This document shows, piece after piece, positions 37,514 through 47,944 of a stretch of 64,000 bases of DNA. The translations under genes and the position numbers were made by a program. The number at the start of each line of letters is the position of its first letter. The first letter of the stretch is position 1. The stretch is from Methanomethylovorans hollandica DSM 15978 (GTDB lineage: Archaea > Halobacteriota > Methanosarcinia > Methanosarcinales > Methanosarcinaceae), in the NCBI RefSeq assembly GCF_000328665.1, contig NC_019977.1, forward strand, positions 1,178,001 through 1,242,000. The letters run 5' to 3'. The notes under the pieces are model-generated. The model worked only from the letters and a program-made list of their open reading frames with translations. It was not told the origin of the DNA and did no database searches.

Positions 37514-40500
37514 GCGGTGTACTCGAAACCCTGTCAGTAAACGTTGTTGGTGAAATATCAGACGTAACCAACGCATTCAATCAGCTAGATCAGCGAGTCG
37601 CAGGGTTTGGGAGATCTATGCAGACAATGGGCTCCCAGCTGCAGGGCATGGGTACGTCTATGTCCCTTGCAGTCACCGCTCCGTTAATGGCTATCGGGGG
37701 GCTGGGTCTCAAGACTGCTGTTGATTTTGATGACGCAATGAGGCAAGTGCAGGCCGTCACTGGATCAACGGGCGACTCTCTTGATATCCTCCGAGATGCA
37801 GCGCTTAGGATGGGCGCTGATACAGCATTCTCTAGCTCACAAGCAGCAGAGGCAATGCTACAGCTTGGGCAAGCTGGATTTTCTACTGATGAAATATTAA
37901 GCTCTACTGAGCAAGTGCTATCCCTAGCAAGTGCCGGAGCTCTTGATCTTGGTACAGCAGCAGGCATTACGGCTAATGCTCTTATGGGTTTTGGCATGGA
38001 AGCAGACCAGACGCAGCGAGTAGTAGACCTGCTGGCTATAGGCGCATCTATTTCTACAACTGATGTACAAGGGCTAGGGCTTGCGCTTTCTTATGTTGCT
38101 CCTGTCGCTAATGCTATGGGTATGAGCATTGAAGAGACTACCTCCCTTATAGCAGGTCTGTCTAATGCTGGTATTGAGGGAGAGAGAGCAGGCACAGCTC
38201 TTAGAGGGGCTATAGAGAGGCTGGCCGTACCCACTGATGAAGCAGCCGGGGTACTTCACGGTTACGGGATTGAGCTAGATATGGTCAACCCGGCAACAAC
38301 CAGCTTCACTGAGATTCTGGAGGTACTGGCAAAAGCAGGTATGTCAGCCGCTGACGTAATGGCGGTATTTGGGGTCAACTCTGGGCCCGGAGTACTAGCA
38401 CTGTTAGGGCAGGGTACTCCTGCTATAGAGGCTCAGACGGCAGCCCTTACAGAATCAGCTGGCGCAGCCAAAACAATGGCTGACACAATGGAGGGCGGTG
38501 CAGGTGGAGCAATCAGACAGCTACAGGGATCTATAGAAACATTACAGATCACAATAGGGGATCTTATAGCAGATGCCCTGCTGCCCTGGATAGACAGAGC
38601 TACAGAGCTATTCAATCAGCTCTCTTCTCTTCCTACTCCTTTATTACAAAACATCATAATGATAGCAGGGCTAGCGGCTGCAATTGGCCCTGCGCTTATT
38701 GCTTTTGGTACTCTGATTAAGTCGACAGGTACTATAATCACATTGTTCTCAGGTCTGCCTATCCTATTCGGTCCGGTGGGTCTGGCTCTTGCAGGTATAG
38801 CAACAGCAGCAGCCATTGTATACACGAATTGGGATAGAGTAGGCCCCTGGTTAGTTCAACAGTTTGAGAACCTAAGAGGGGTAGCTCTTGCCCTTCTGGA
38901 GAGAGTACAATCGCTAGTTAGAGACGGGTTTGAGTATATCTCTAATTGGTGGAGTGCTAACGGCAGAGCGGTACTAGATGCACTGATAGCAGCATTCCAG
39001 AGAACAGTAGCGTTTATTACTCCTGTCTACGAGGCTGTACGAAATCTTGTACTCAATGCACTCACTCTAATCAGCGCATGGTGGACGCAGAACGGCAGCG
39101 GAGTAATGGAGACGCTGAGAGCTGCGTTCGATAGAATACAGGCGGCTGCTATCCCTCTAATTACTACTATTAGGGATCTTGTAGAACGAGCCCTCACGGG
39201 AATTAGCACATGGTGGACTGGAAACGGTAACGGGGTAATGAATGCGCTTAATGCTGCTTTTACGTGGATCATAGATACTGGCTCACAGCTTATTGCAGTA
39301 GTGCTTGATCTCGCTAACAGAGGGCTTATAGCTATCAGCAATTGGTGGAGTGCTAACGGTAATACCGTAATGACGGCTCTTAATACTGCGTTTACATGGC
39401 TGATTACAACGGGTTCAGACCTCATAGACACAGTATGGGATCTAGCAACCAGAGGGTTCACTGCTATTAGCAATTGGTGGAGTGCTAACGGAGAGTCTAC
39501 GCTTAACACACTGTGGCAAAAAATCAATGATCTATATGATGCAATCGAGCCACTTATCCCTATCGTAGTCGAATTTGTGCGGGATGGACTGGAGAAGATT
39601 AGTGCATGGTGGACAGCGAACGGGCAGGACACACTCGATGCAATACAGAAGCTCACAGATGCAGCAGAGTGGCTGTTCGACAATGTTCTCATTCCTGCAA
39701 TTAATACACTTCAGATCATACTGCCTCCCATAATAGACAGTATCAAATCCTGGTGGGATACTTTAGGGGATGCTTTAGAGTTCATTGTAGACCTCATCAA
39801 TGGAGACTGGGCGGACGCTTGGGAAAACATACAGGCATCCGTATCAGAAGCGTATGAGGACATCAAAAACATATGGGGAACCGGGGCACTTGCAGAGGTA
39901 ATAGGGGTAGTATGGGATGCAGTCGGCCTAGACACTTCTACTGCATGGGACGATATAGAGACCGATATTACTGATACATGGGACGATATCAAAGAGGCTC
40001 TGACCGACAAGGACGGTACATTTAGGACATCAGTGGTTACATTCTGGAAATTGATTAGAGGGGATATCAAAACCGAAGCAGACGGGATAGGGACAGACGC
40101 TAACACCTCCTTCTCTGGGCTATCTACTACAGTCTCAACCCACATGAGCGGCATATCTGCCTCTGTCTCTACAGCATGGAACTCTATCCGGCAGTCCATA
40201 TCAGAGAGATTGACAGCCATCCGGGCTGATACAAGCACAGCATGGACGAACATTCAAACCTCGGTTTCCACGTCCCTAAACTCAATCAGAGTAACAGTAA
40301 GCAATGCCTGGAACACAATGCGCACAGACATTACTACTGCATTGAATTCAATAAGAACAACAGTAGGCACTGCCTGGAGCGCAATACAAACAAATGTCTC
40401 TACTGCACTCAATAGCATCAGGACAACGTCTACAACTATCTGGAATAATATACAAACCTCAATTACAACCTCACTCAATTCAATCCGAACCACATCAACA

Positions 40501-41529
40501 ACTATCTGGAATAGTATACAGACCTCTGTCTCTAACTCACTGAACAATATAAGAACTACTGCAAGCAACATATGGAACTCCATACTGTCTACTATTACAG
40601 CTGCACTCAACAACATTAGAACAACGTCTGTCAACGCTTGGAACTCAATTCAGAGCTCCGTAACAGCATCACTGAATAATATTAGAGCCACTGCTCAGAA
40701 TATATGGAACTCTATTCACAGTACAATCACCTCAGTACTGAATGGCATCAGAGCAACCTCACAGAGTATATGGGCATCTATACAGTCTGCTATCTCAAGT
40801 GCAATGAACAACATCCGGGCAACTATCGCCAGTGCTTGGAGCAGCATAGCAAGCGGTGTTAGTTCCGGCTGGGCTTCTATCAGATCTCGGATACAGGCAG
40901 AGATCAATACAATTATATCTGCTATATCCAATGCAGGGAGCAGGTTCTATAGTGCTGCTGCTAGCTGGGTACAGAGCATGGTAGACGGACTCACTTCTAG
41001 AATATCCTCACTGAGGTCAGCGGTGAACTCGGTACTGTCGTTAGTGTCGACTGGCAACTCTGCCAATATATCAACCTCCTCTACTTCAAATATCAGGACA
41101 GGCGGCACTTCATCGGGTGGCACAGGGTCGGCTAGAATCACCTCCCTCCCTTCCTACACCGGCGGCAGAACAGCACTATCTGGTACGCCTACCACAGTAG
41201 GATACAATCCCCTTGAAAAACACGACACTGGCGGCATAGCGGGGTACACTGGCTGGCATTGGATGGAGAAGAACGAATTAGCCATCCCCCAAGCGACTAA
41301 TTGGGATGCTATCCTTATCAATCCTATCAGCAATGCATTAGCTAAAGCAGCTAGCATTACAGCAGGCAGAGGACTAGGCTCTGGACCAGGATCAGGTAAC
41401 GTCACCTATGAGGGCGACACAATATATATCACTGCTAACATGTCTAACGAGTATGGGTTTGATGAGATGATGGATGACATCAACAGACGGACAACTAGGG
41501 ACAGGTTTAGGAGAGGGATCAAATCATGA
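37510..41529 (+). CDS. Tape measure protein (TP901-type core)
   Basis: 'FDDAMRQVQAV', 'GERAGTALR'; Trp-periodic 11/22-residue repeats; 1339 aa. Confidence 0.95.
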   Translation: MSGVLETLSVNVVGEISDVTNAFNQLDQRVAGFGRSMQTMGSQLQGMGTSMSLAVTAPLMAIGGLGLKTAVDFDDAMRQVQAVTGSTGDSLDILRDAALRMGADTAFSSSQAAEAMLQLGQAGFSTDEILSSTEQVLSLASAGALDLGTAAGITANALMGFGMEADQTQRVVDLLAIGASISTTDVQGLGLALSYVAPVANAMGMSIEETTSLIAGLSNAGIEGERAGTALRGAIERLAVPTDEAAGVLHGYGIELDMVNPATTSFTEILEVLAKAGMSAADVMAVFGVNSGPGVLALLGQGTPAIEAQTAALTESAGAAKTMADTMEGGAGGAIRQLQGSIETLQITIGDLIADALLPWIDRATELFNQLSSLPTPLLQNIIMIAGLAAAIGPALIAFGTLIKSTGTIITLFSGLPILFGPVGLALAGIATAAAIVYTNWDRVGPWLVQQFENLRGVALALLERVQSLVRDGFEYISNWWSANGRAVLDALIAAFQRTVAFITPVYEAVRNLVLNALTLISAWWTQNGSGVMETLRAAFDRIQAAAIPLITTIRDLVERALTGISTWWTGNGNGVMNALNAAFTWIIDTGSQLIAVVLDLANRGLIAISNWWSANGNTVMTALNTAFTWLITTGSDLIDTVWDLATRGFTAISNWWSANGESTLNTLWQKINDLYDAIEPLIPIVVEFVRDGLEKISAWWTANGQDTLDAIQKLTDAAEWLFDNVLIPAINTLQIILPPIIDSIKSWWDTLGDALEFIVDLINGDWADAWENIQASVSEAYEDIKNIWGTGALAEVIGVVWDAVGLDTSTAWDDIETDITDTWDDIKEALTDKDGTFRTSVVTFWKLIRGDIKTEADGIGTDANTSFSGLSTTVSTHMSGISASVSTAWNSIRQSISERLTAIRADTSTAWTNIQTSVSTSLNSIRVTVSNAWNTMRTDITTALNSIRTTVGTAWSAIQTNVSTALNSIRTTSTTIWNNIQTSITTSLNSIRTTSTTIWNSIQTSVSNSLNNIRTTASNIWNSILSTITAALNNIRTTSVNAWNSIQSSVTASLNNIRATAQNIWNSIHSTITSVLNGIRATSQSIWASIQSAISSAMNNIRATIASAWSSIASGVSSGWASIRSRIQAEINTIISAISNAGSRFYSAAASWVQSMVDGLTSRISSLRSAVNSVLSLVSTGNSANISTSSTSNIRTGGTSSGGTGSARITSLPSYTGGRTALSGTPTTVGYNPLEKHDTGGIAGYTGWHWMEKNELAIPQATNWDAILINPISNALAKAASITAGRGLGSGPGSGNVTYEGDTIYITANMSNEYGFDEMMDDINRRTTRDRFRRGIKS

Positions 41530-41930
41530 GTACAGGCGACTATCTTGACGTAGTGTTTGATTCTCTAAGGATCTCTGCTCTTTCTGAGCCTGAAATAGTT
41601 GACGATTTCTCTTACAACGAAACCAGACTAGCATCAGGAGAGACGTTTATACAGACCTCTAGTACTCCGAGGTTCTCAAAAACATATAGGTGTCTAACAG
41701 AGGATGATGTAGAGCGGGATGCAATCAGACTCAAGCGGGGCAAATTCGCAGATCTTGTAATTGATGGCATAACCTATAGCGGCTGCTGTATCAAGCCCCC
41801 CATTAGGTTCAAGTATACCCGTGTTCCTGGGCGGTGGGAATACGATATCACTTTTGTACAACATACTGGCACTCTACCCGTACCTGTAGCGGATGAACTC
41901 CCAGCCCTAATAGATGGAGGCAGCGCATGA
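41526..41930 (+). CDS. Distal-tail-like protein ending in IDGGSA
   Basis: Directly follows the tape measure gene. Confidence 0.55.
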   Translation: MSTGDYLDVVFDSLRISALSEPEIVDDFSYNETRLASGETFIQTSSTPRFSKTYRCLTEDDVERDAIRLKRGKFADLVIDGITYSGCCIKPPIRFKYTRVPGRWEYDITFVQHTGTLPVPVADELPALIDGGSA

Positions 41931-42049
41931 TCTCAAATATAGAAACAGGACAGTTTATAATCTCAATAACTAAAATAGATGTCAATGGTGTACCTGTTGA
42001 GAAAACAACGGTATACCCAGACGGTAAAGAAGTAACAGAGGTTTTATAA
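41927..42049 (+). CDS. 40-aa ORF (absent from the ORF track)
   Basis: ATGA and TAATG coupling on both sides. Confidence 0.5.
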   Translation: MISNIETGQFIISITKIDVNGVPVEKTTVYPDGKEVTEVL

Positions 42050-42420
42050 TGGCAATACTAACTAACGCAGGCAAAGTGGCAGCTGCAAAGCTGCTCAATG
42101 GTGTGGATTCTGTACCAGCATTCACCTATATCGCAATCGGTAGCGGCAGCACAGCAGAGGCAGCAACACAGACGCAGCTAGTGACCGAGATCACAGCAAA
42201 CGGAGGAGCAAGAGCGGCGGCTACCTGTTCCTATGTGGCATCGAATACAGCCAAATGGGAGAAGGAGTTCGCCTTCACAGGCGACGTAACTATAAGAGAG
42301 TTTGGGGTATTCTCTGCCTCATCTGGAGGAACTATGCTTGTACGTCACCTGTTAGCAGCAGGCAAGGCTTATGAGAACGGGGAAAAGGCTCTTGTATCAA
42401 TTAGTGCTGTAATATCCTAA
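42049..42420 (+). CDS. Tail tip/fibre-base protein
   Basis: 'ILTNAGK', 'YIAIGSGSTA...TQLVTE', 'IREFGVF'. Confidence 0.65.
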   Translation: MAILTNAGKVAAAKLLNGVDSVPAFTYIAIGSGSTAEAATQTQLVTEITANGGARAAATCSYVASNTAKWEKEFAFTGDVTIREFGVFSASSGGTMLVRHLLAAGKAYENGEKALVSISAVIS

Positions 42421-42433
42421 TCGGAGTTATAAC

Positions 42434-44743
42434 ATGGCTTATCCAGGCTGGAAGTATAAAGGGCATGTGACTTTTGCAGATACAGCAAAAGCTAAAGAGG
42501 TGCAGGCGCTTGTATACATTTATTACCAGACTGGGATGAATTCTGATTTTAGTGACCTCCGTTTTGCTGCAACAGACGGTACTCCACTGCCGTATTATTT
42601 TGACTATGCTACGGCTGGATCAGTGGCAAGAGTTTGGGTCAGAGTTCCAGCCGGACAGACAACAATCAATTTCTATTATGGGAATGCTGCAGCTACATCA
42701 GAATCAAGCGGAGCCAACACATTCTTCATATTCGATGAATTCAATGATGCGAACTGGGCGGACAACTGGTCCGGCGATACTGCCTCGTGGACTGCATCGG
42801 GCAGCCTGCTCAAGTGCAGCACGTCCGGCAAGAAAATCTATAGAGCGGTATCCGGTGGACTCGATGACAAGGCTATCTATGCAAGCATAGTCACAAAAGC
42901 TAATACTAATTTGAAATTTGGTATAGTGTTCAGGGCTTCCTGGGGAGAAGTCCAATTTACCAGGTCTTATACTTCCTCCTATCCTCGCAGATGGTCGGAT
43001 GGTACGTATGTGTCCGGCTCATCTCCTCTATGGTCTGACAATACAGCAGCAGTGGACAGAGTAGATATATTCAGTACAAAAGCTGCCACTAAATATTATG
43101 TGGGAAATACTTCCTGGACAGCAATTACAGGCCCAAATACCCATACTGCTATGCTGTCTGCTGCTGGCCAATTTGGTTTATACGCCTATGCTCCCAATAC
43201 GTACCAATACGTACGGTGGGTCAGGGTGCAGTCCTCTGCTACACTACTGAACTATACTGTGACAGTAGACGGTGCGAACAAAGAGGACATTATAGAATCG
43301 TTCAGCCTGCACATCACTCCGTCCCACGGGTTCACCGGGAAACACTATGCAACCCGGGCAGTAACAATTATACCCGAGGTGACTCCATACGAGACAGGGC
43401 TAGTGCTGTCTCCTACTGCGGAAATCAAGGACTACCTGACAGCGTCCACGGGGATCACTGTAACCCCTTCAACAGTAGCAGTCAATGACTCTCTCTATGC
43501 CTCAACTGATGTTTACGTTACTCCTGCTGCCGATCCATTGATAGAGGGCATGGACCTGGATCAGTATCCCTGGACTGCTCTTACTGTCCGCAAATCTATA
43601 GCAGATGCGATGTGGCAAATGGATATCAAATTTGAGGGGCATACTGTACCACCTACTCAGCGTAGGATATTCTACGATGTGCTAGACATATACGGGGACG
43701 TCAACCGGATATTTGCAGGTATCATACCTGAACCAGATTATGTAATATCGGACGCAGCAAATAAAACAAGTGTAGTTGCTTACGATTATGCGTATTATCT
43801 GAGCAGGCAGCTAGTCCCATACGATGAAACCACGATCAAGCTAGTCACTGCGTATCCTACCTGGGGGGATTGGATAGAGCATCTCCTAGAGGGCACAGGG
43901 ATCACAGCGTATAGGATAGCGGCAGGGCCTACCACTACAGCAGAGTTTTCCCTTACTCCCAAAACAACCAAGATGCAGGCCATCAAAAAGATAGCGGACT
44001 ATCTAGGCTATCTATTCCTAGTCTCCTGGGATGGGGACGATGCTATAGCATATTTCATAGACCCAGCTAACATAGATGAGCCTACTGCAGGGCTTGATCT
44101 TCCTGCTCAATACGATGTGTACCACACAGACGGGACGCTTGTAGGCATCCCCTCTGCAAAACCAGTGTCTGAGAAAACGTACAATAGAATAATCGTTAGG
44201 GGCAGAGACCCTGTAAACAATGTGTACCTGACCTCAGTAGCAGAGACAGACAGGCTGACAGGAGGCTATGAGTACGCAAGAGAGTATTACGAGGAGTCAC
44301 TGAACTACACTACTCAGGCTATCTGCGATACTCGGGCAGCTTTCCTGCTTGCTGGGCTGTCTACTGAATTGTATACGGTCAGAGCAACATTCAAGCTTAG
44401 GCATGATTTTAGGTTATGGCAAAAAATAAGGTTCCTCGGTGATGGTTTTCCGGCCGCTGTAACCAATATGGGAGTAATGAGGATAGTCAACATCTCGCAC
44501 TCAATCCAGGAAGCAGACTCCACGGTCACTATAGAGTGTACGGTAGATCAGGATATCTCTCTTATCTCTGAACTTGCAGATGTGTTCGATTCAAACACAG
44601 TATCCGAAACAGTAGGAATAGTAGACAATAAATTCTCTACTCAGGCAGAGATCCAAGCAGGCACTATAACAGCCATTAACGGCACTACTGCTACGGTATT
44701 ACTTGAGAACGGAAATACAATACAAGCGAGGCTGCTAGAATGA
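42434..44743 (+). CDS. DUF2341-domain protein fused to a tail hub-like region
   Basis: 'SDFSDLRF...LPYY...VWVRVP...YYGNAAATSES...FIFDEF'; C-terminal 'YNRIIVRG'. Confidence 0.7.
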   Translation: MAYPGWKYKGHVTFADTAKAKEVQALVYIYYQTGMNSDFSDLRFAATDGTPLPYYFDYATAGSVARVWVRVPAGQTTINFYYGNAAATSESSGANTFFIFDEFNDANWADNWSGDTASWTASGSLLKCSTSGKKIYRAVSGGLDDKAIYASIVTKANTNLKFGIVFRASWGEVQFTRSYTSSYPRRWSDGTYVSGSSPLWSDNTAAVDRVDIFSTKAATKYYVGNTSWTAITGPNTHTAMLSAAGQFGLYAYAPNTYQYVRWVRVQSSATLLNYTVTVDGANKEDIIESFSLHITPSHGFTGKHYATRAVTIIPEVTPYETGLVLSPTAEIKDYLTASTGITVTPSTVAVNDSLYASTDVYVTPAADPLIEGMDLDQYPWTALTVRKSIADAMWQMDIKFEGHTVPPTQRRIFYDVLDIYGDVNRIFAGIIPEPDYVISDAANKTSVVAYDYAYYLSRQLVPYDETTIKLVTAYPTWGDWIEHLLEGTGITAYRIAAGPTTTAEFSLTPKTTKMQAIKKIADYLGYLFLVSWDGDDAIAYFIDPANIDEPTAGLDLPAQYDVYHTDGTLVGIPSAKPVSEKTYNRIIVRGRDPVNNVYLTSVAETDRLTGGYEYAREYYEESLNYTTQAICDTRAAFLLAGLSTELYTVRATFKLRHDFRLWQKIRFLGDGFPAAVTNMGVMRIVNISHSIQEADSTVTIECTVDQDISLISELADVFDSNTVSETVGIVDNKFSTQAEIQAGTITAINGTTATVLLENGNTIQARLLE

Positions 44744-45450
44744 CTTACAATGTAGGAGACAGGGGGCTAGTTGTCACTACTCGCTCAATGGGTTCAGAGT
44801 TCATTAAGAACAATGCTACTGCTGCTGTTGATGACCGGGTATTAATATATCCAATTCAAGGCAAAGCTATTCCTGTAGCAATCCCTGCAACAGCAAGCGA
44901 GGCAACAGACCGAGTATATACTGTTCCTCTGGGGAATGGTAGAGGCTGGGCTGTACAGCAACCACAACCCAAATTCACTATTGAAGATCCCGAGGTTCCT
45001 TCTTCTACTACGGTAGTAGAATTTGATATCAGGATAGATGAGTACCCAGGGGCTACGTATTGGGGCTATGAGCTGTTCAGCAGGGCAACCTCTGGCACTA
45101 ATATAGTTTGGATGTTTGGGTTCTCTGGCATAGGGTCTGATACGTATCCTTACAGGCTCAAGGTGATGGCTACCCAGGGAGGAGTATTCAAATACGTATG
45201 TGATGCCTCAAAACAGCTATACATAGGAACCACATATCATATCATATGGACAGCATCAGGAGGCATGTCTGGGATGACAAGAAACGGACTACCTCAGGGG
45301 GTCCCTTATCCCTGCGTTCTGGAGTACGGCCTGACTACACAGCTCAATTATCCCGATACCGTAGTAGGTACGGGACTGGCACACGGTACGCATCAGGCAT
45401 TCGGCTCTACAAAAGGACTGATTTCAAACATCACAATCACTAATTCGTGA
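44740..45450 (+). CDS. Tail tip protein, possible receptor-binding protein
   Basis: OB-like N-terminus and aromatic beta-sandwich-like C-terminus; position. Confidence 0.5.
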   Translation: MTYNVGDRGLVVTTRSMGSEFIKNNATAAVDDRVLIYPIQGKAIPVAIPATASEATDRVYTVPLGNGRGWAVQQPQPKFTIEDPEVPSSTTVVEFDIRIDEYPGATYWGYELFSRATSGTNIVWMFGFSGIGSDTYPYRLKVMATQGGVFKYVCDASKQLYIGTTYHIIWTASGGMSGMTRNGLPQGVPYPCVLEYGLTTQLNYPDTVVGTGLAHGTHQAFGSTKGLISNITITNS

Positions 45451-45460
45451 GGACACAACA

Positions 45461-47161
45461 ATGGCGACAACAGTATCAAGCAGCGCAGAACTTATAGCAG
45501 CCCTTGCAAGGGGCGGCACTATCGAGATAGAACCAGGTACGTACTCTATCAGAAGAGCAGCTATAGCAAAATCAGATACAGCACTGGTAGCAGCAGACCA
45601 AACAAAGAAGCCAGTGCTGCAAATGGCAGCCAGTCATCCGTCTGCTCCTATGCTCTCTGGGTACAATGTAGACGGAGTAGAGTTTGAGGATCTTATCTTA
45701 GACGGGAATTTCTCCAAACAGCCAGGGGCAATTAGAGGCAGGTCTGAGCTGGCGCTGTGCTGGCTAAGGAATAGTGATGACGTATCTATGCAAAACTGCC
45801 TGCTCCGTAATGGTGCAAGCGATGGGCTGAAACTTACAACCAGCGATGGGGCAAAGATCCTCAACAATACCGTAGCTCATCTGGGTCACGATGCTTTCTA
45901 TTTCATGTATGGGTGTGATAATGGAGTCTATGCAGGCAACAACGTAATGACCAGAACCAACTCGGGCGGCCGCTGGTCTTACGGTGCAGCAGGTTGGGAT
46001 ATTCACGATAATGAGATATGGTCTGAGATAGAGCCCTGGAGCACAGGGCCGGGCCTTGAGTTCGACAAGCGGATGTTCGTGAAGATGAAGATTCACGGCA
46101 ATAACTTCCACACGCTCAACGGCTCAGGCATCTGGCTATTAGGGGATATAGCAAGCTGTGATAAGGTATCTATCTACGAAAATACTTTTGATTTTGTGGG
46201 CAGGTACTACAACAATGATCTCAAATACAATGGCTACAGCAATGCAGGAATAGCAGGAGCAGGTTTTGATGGAGTAGAAATAAGGGACAACATGTTCAAA
46301 AACTTGATGTACTGTATAGAGATGTCTGAAGCTCTGTACCCAATCTCGGGTAATTACAGATGGAATTTCAATAATAATACTGTCAGTAATTGCCGCTATG
46401 GGTTTAGGATAGATCAGGCAAGAGGTTCGATCAGAGGCTCAGGAAACAAACTTACGGGTATAACCACATACTCGCATAATCTGAAAGGAACGCTCAACCT
46501 AGTGGCTCCTACGAGCCCAGTAGAGAACGCTGAGCCGATTGATTCAGGAGAAGTAATACAAACCATCCTCTCAGTTGTGGACTCTGCTGGGAAAATAGGA
46601 ACTCAAACTATCGATATCAAGACTTCTGCTGTAGCTCCTCGCAATAGTACTCTATCCTTAGCTACTGTCAAACTGTCCGTAGATGGAAGGTACGGTACAA
46701 GGAACGTAGAGTTTCTTGTATCTACAGCTTCCCCAGAAACGAAGCTACAGACAGCCGTCACCGGAACAGATCTATTGGTCTCACTGACACTCAAAAGAAA
46801 AGCGTCAAGCGGGTCAGTACAATTCCTCCTGCCTACACTTGAAGCATCTGCAGGATACAACGAGCTCAAAATCAGGACGGCAGACGGACGATATGGAGAA
46901 GCGAAACTTAATATAGTGTTAGCTGAACCTCCTACACCAGAGCCGGAACCTGAGCCAGCGATAGAGCCTACTCCAGTAGAGAACAATATACACTTTACGT
47001 TAAGCGTAGATACCAGGAACCAGCGGCTCTATGTCAATGAAAAAGTAGGTACTTCTAAAATAAAAACAGAAGGGGATGGCATAACCGGGTATCTCAAACT
47101 CAGAACGGCTGATAATTATTATATTGAGATACCCATATCGGGAACGATGGTAAAGGGGTAA
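45461..47161 (+). CDS. Right-handed beta-helix (pectin-lyase-like) tailspike
   Basis: 'TIEIEPGTY', repeated 'I.NN.'/'DG' parallel beta-helix rungs; PEPEP linker. Confidence 0.75.
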   Translation: MATTVSSSAELIAALARGGTIEIEPGTYSIRRAAIAKSDTALVAADQTKKPVLQMAASHPSAPMLSGYNVDGVEFEDLILDGNFSKQPGAIRGRSELALCWLRNSDDVSMQNCLLRNGASDGLKLTTSDGAKILNNTVAHLGHDAFYFMYGCDNGVYAGNNVMTRTNSGGRWSYGAAGWDIHDNEIWSEIEPWSTGPGLEFDKRMFVKMKIHGNNFHTLNGSGIWLLGDIASCDKVSIYENTFDFVGRYYNNDLKYNGYSNAGIAGAGFDGVEIRDNMFKNLMYCIEMSEALYPISGNYRWNFNNNTVSNCRYGFRIDQARGSIRGSGNKLTGITTYSHNLKGTLNLVAPTSPVENAEPIDSGEVIQTILSVVDSAGKIGTQTIDIKTSAVAPRNSTLSLATVKLSVDGRYGTRNVEFLVSTASPETKLQTAVTGTDLLVSLTLKRKASSGSVQFLLPTLEASAGYNELKIRTADGRYGEAKLNIVLAEPPTPEPEPEPAIEPTPVENNIHFTLSVDTRNQRLYVNEKVGTSKIKTEGDGITGYLKLRTADNYYIEIPISGTMVKG

Positions 47162-47166
47162 GGCGC

Positions 47167-47385
47167 TTACTCTTTTTTCACCAACCTTATATTGTTGAAA
47201 ACTTCTCCTTTTTCCATTAGGTCTAGTAACTCATGATAATCTCTAGCTCTTGGGGTCTCTTTTCTCAACTCCTCCCGTAGAGCCCAATGCAGGTAATCAG
47301 AGAATCTCAATATGGGCACGTCTCTCCATGTTTTGTCTAGGTACTCGGTCTGCATGATAAAAGGGTATAGGAATCTCACCTTCAA
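47167..47385 (-). CDS. Small protein, possible RHH
   Basis: 'RFSDYLHWALREEL'. Confidence 0.45.
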   Translation of the reverse strand: MKVRFLYPFIMQTEYLDKTWRDVPILRFSDYLHWALREELRKETPRARDYHELLDLMEKGEVFNNIRLVKKE

Positions 47386-47790
47386 TCATCCCCATGGCCC
47401 GTCATGCATCGTTTTCACAAACGAAACTCTGATTATTACACGATTTGCGGCCCTGTGTTTGGCCAATTCGTTTTTGATGTTTTCTGCGATATGTGAATCG
47501 ATTTCTGCCGTAGTGCAGTGGACATAAGTGTCATCTCCTATACTGCATAGTATATCAGACATTATTGCCCCTGTGTGAATCAGCTCGGCACTGACTGTAT
47601 CAACCTCCCCTCTATACATATCGTGTATTATGATTTCATATTTCAGGGCTATACTATATTCTACCCCTCTCACAGCCGGGCCAAAATACAAGGGCAGTAC
47701 ACGCAAATTTAAAAAATCACTATACAACGACTCTAGCACAGCGGCACGAGGTATATCATATAGACGTTTGCTAATGTCTGTTTCTGTCAT
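47386..47790 (-). CDS. Proviral hypothetical protein
   Basis: Member of the leftward coupled operon. Confidence 0.5.
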   Translation of the reverse strand: MTETDISKRLYDIPRAAVLESLYSDFLNLRVLPLYFGPAVRGVEYSIALKYEIIIHDMYRGEVDTVSAELIHTGAIMSDILCSIGDDTYVHCTTAEIDSHIAENIKNELAKHRAANRVIIRVSFVKTMHDGPWG

Positions 47791-47944
47791 TTCATTCGCC
47801 TCATTGTAATATATTTTAGCTCCCCCCCCTTCTTACTCATTTTCAAGGTAGGCGCTTCATAGTTCTGCATGATTTGCCCGATTTTTTCGGCTAGCGGCAG
47901 CAATGCTGCGGCTGCTCTATCAGTGAAATTAATCATTGCTGTAT

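Noticed and set aside
40140..40930. 33/66-bp periodic DNA repeats
   Set aside because: Explained by the 11/22-residue repeats of the tape measure protein.
47822..47829. Poly-C8 tract as a phase-variation switch
   Set aside because: Falls in frame (KGGE) within a small minus-strand ORF (~47787-47948); no evidence of slippage from a single sequence.
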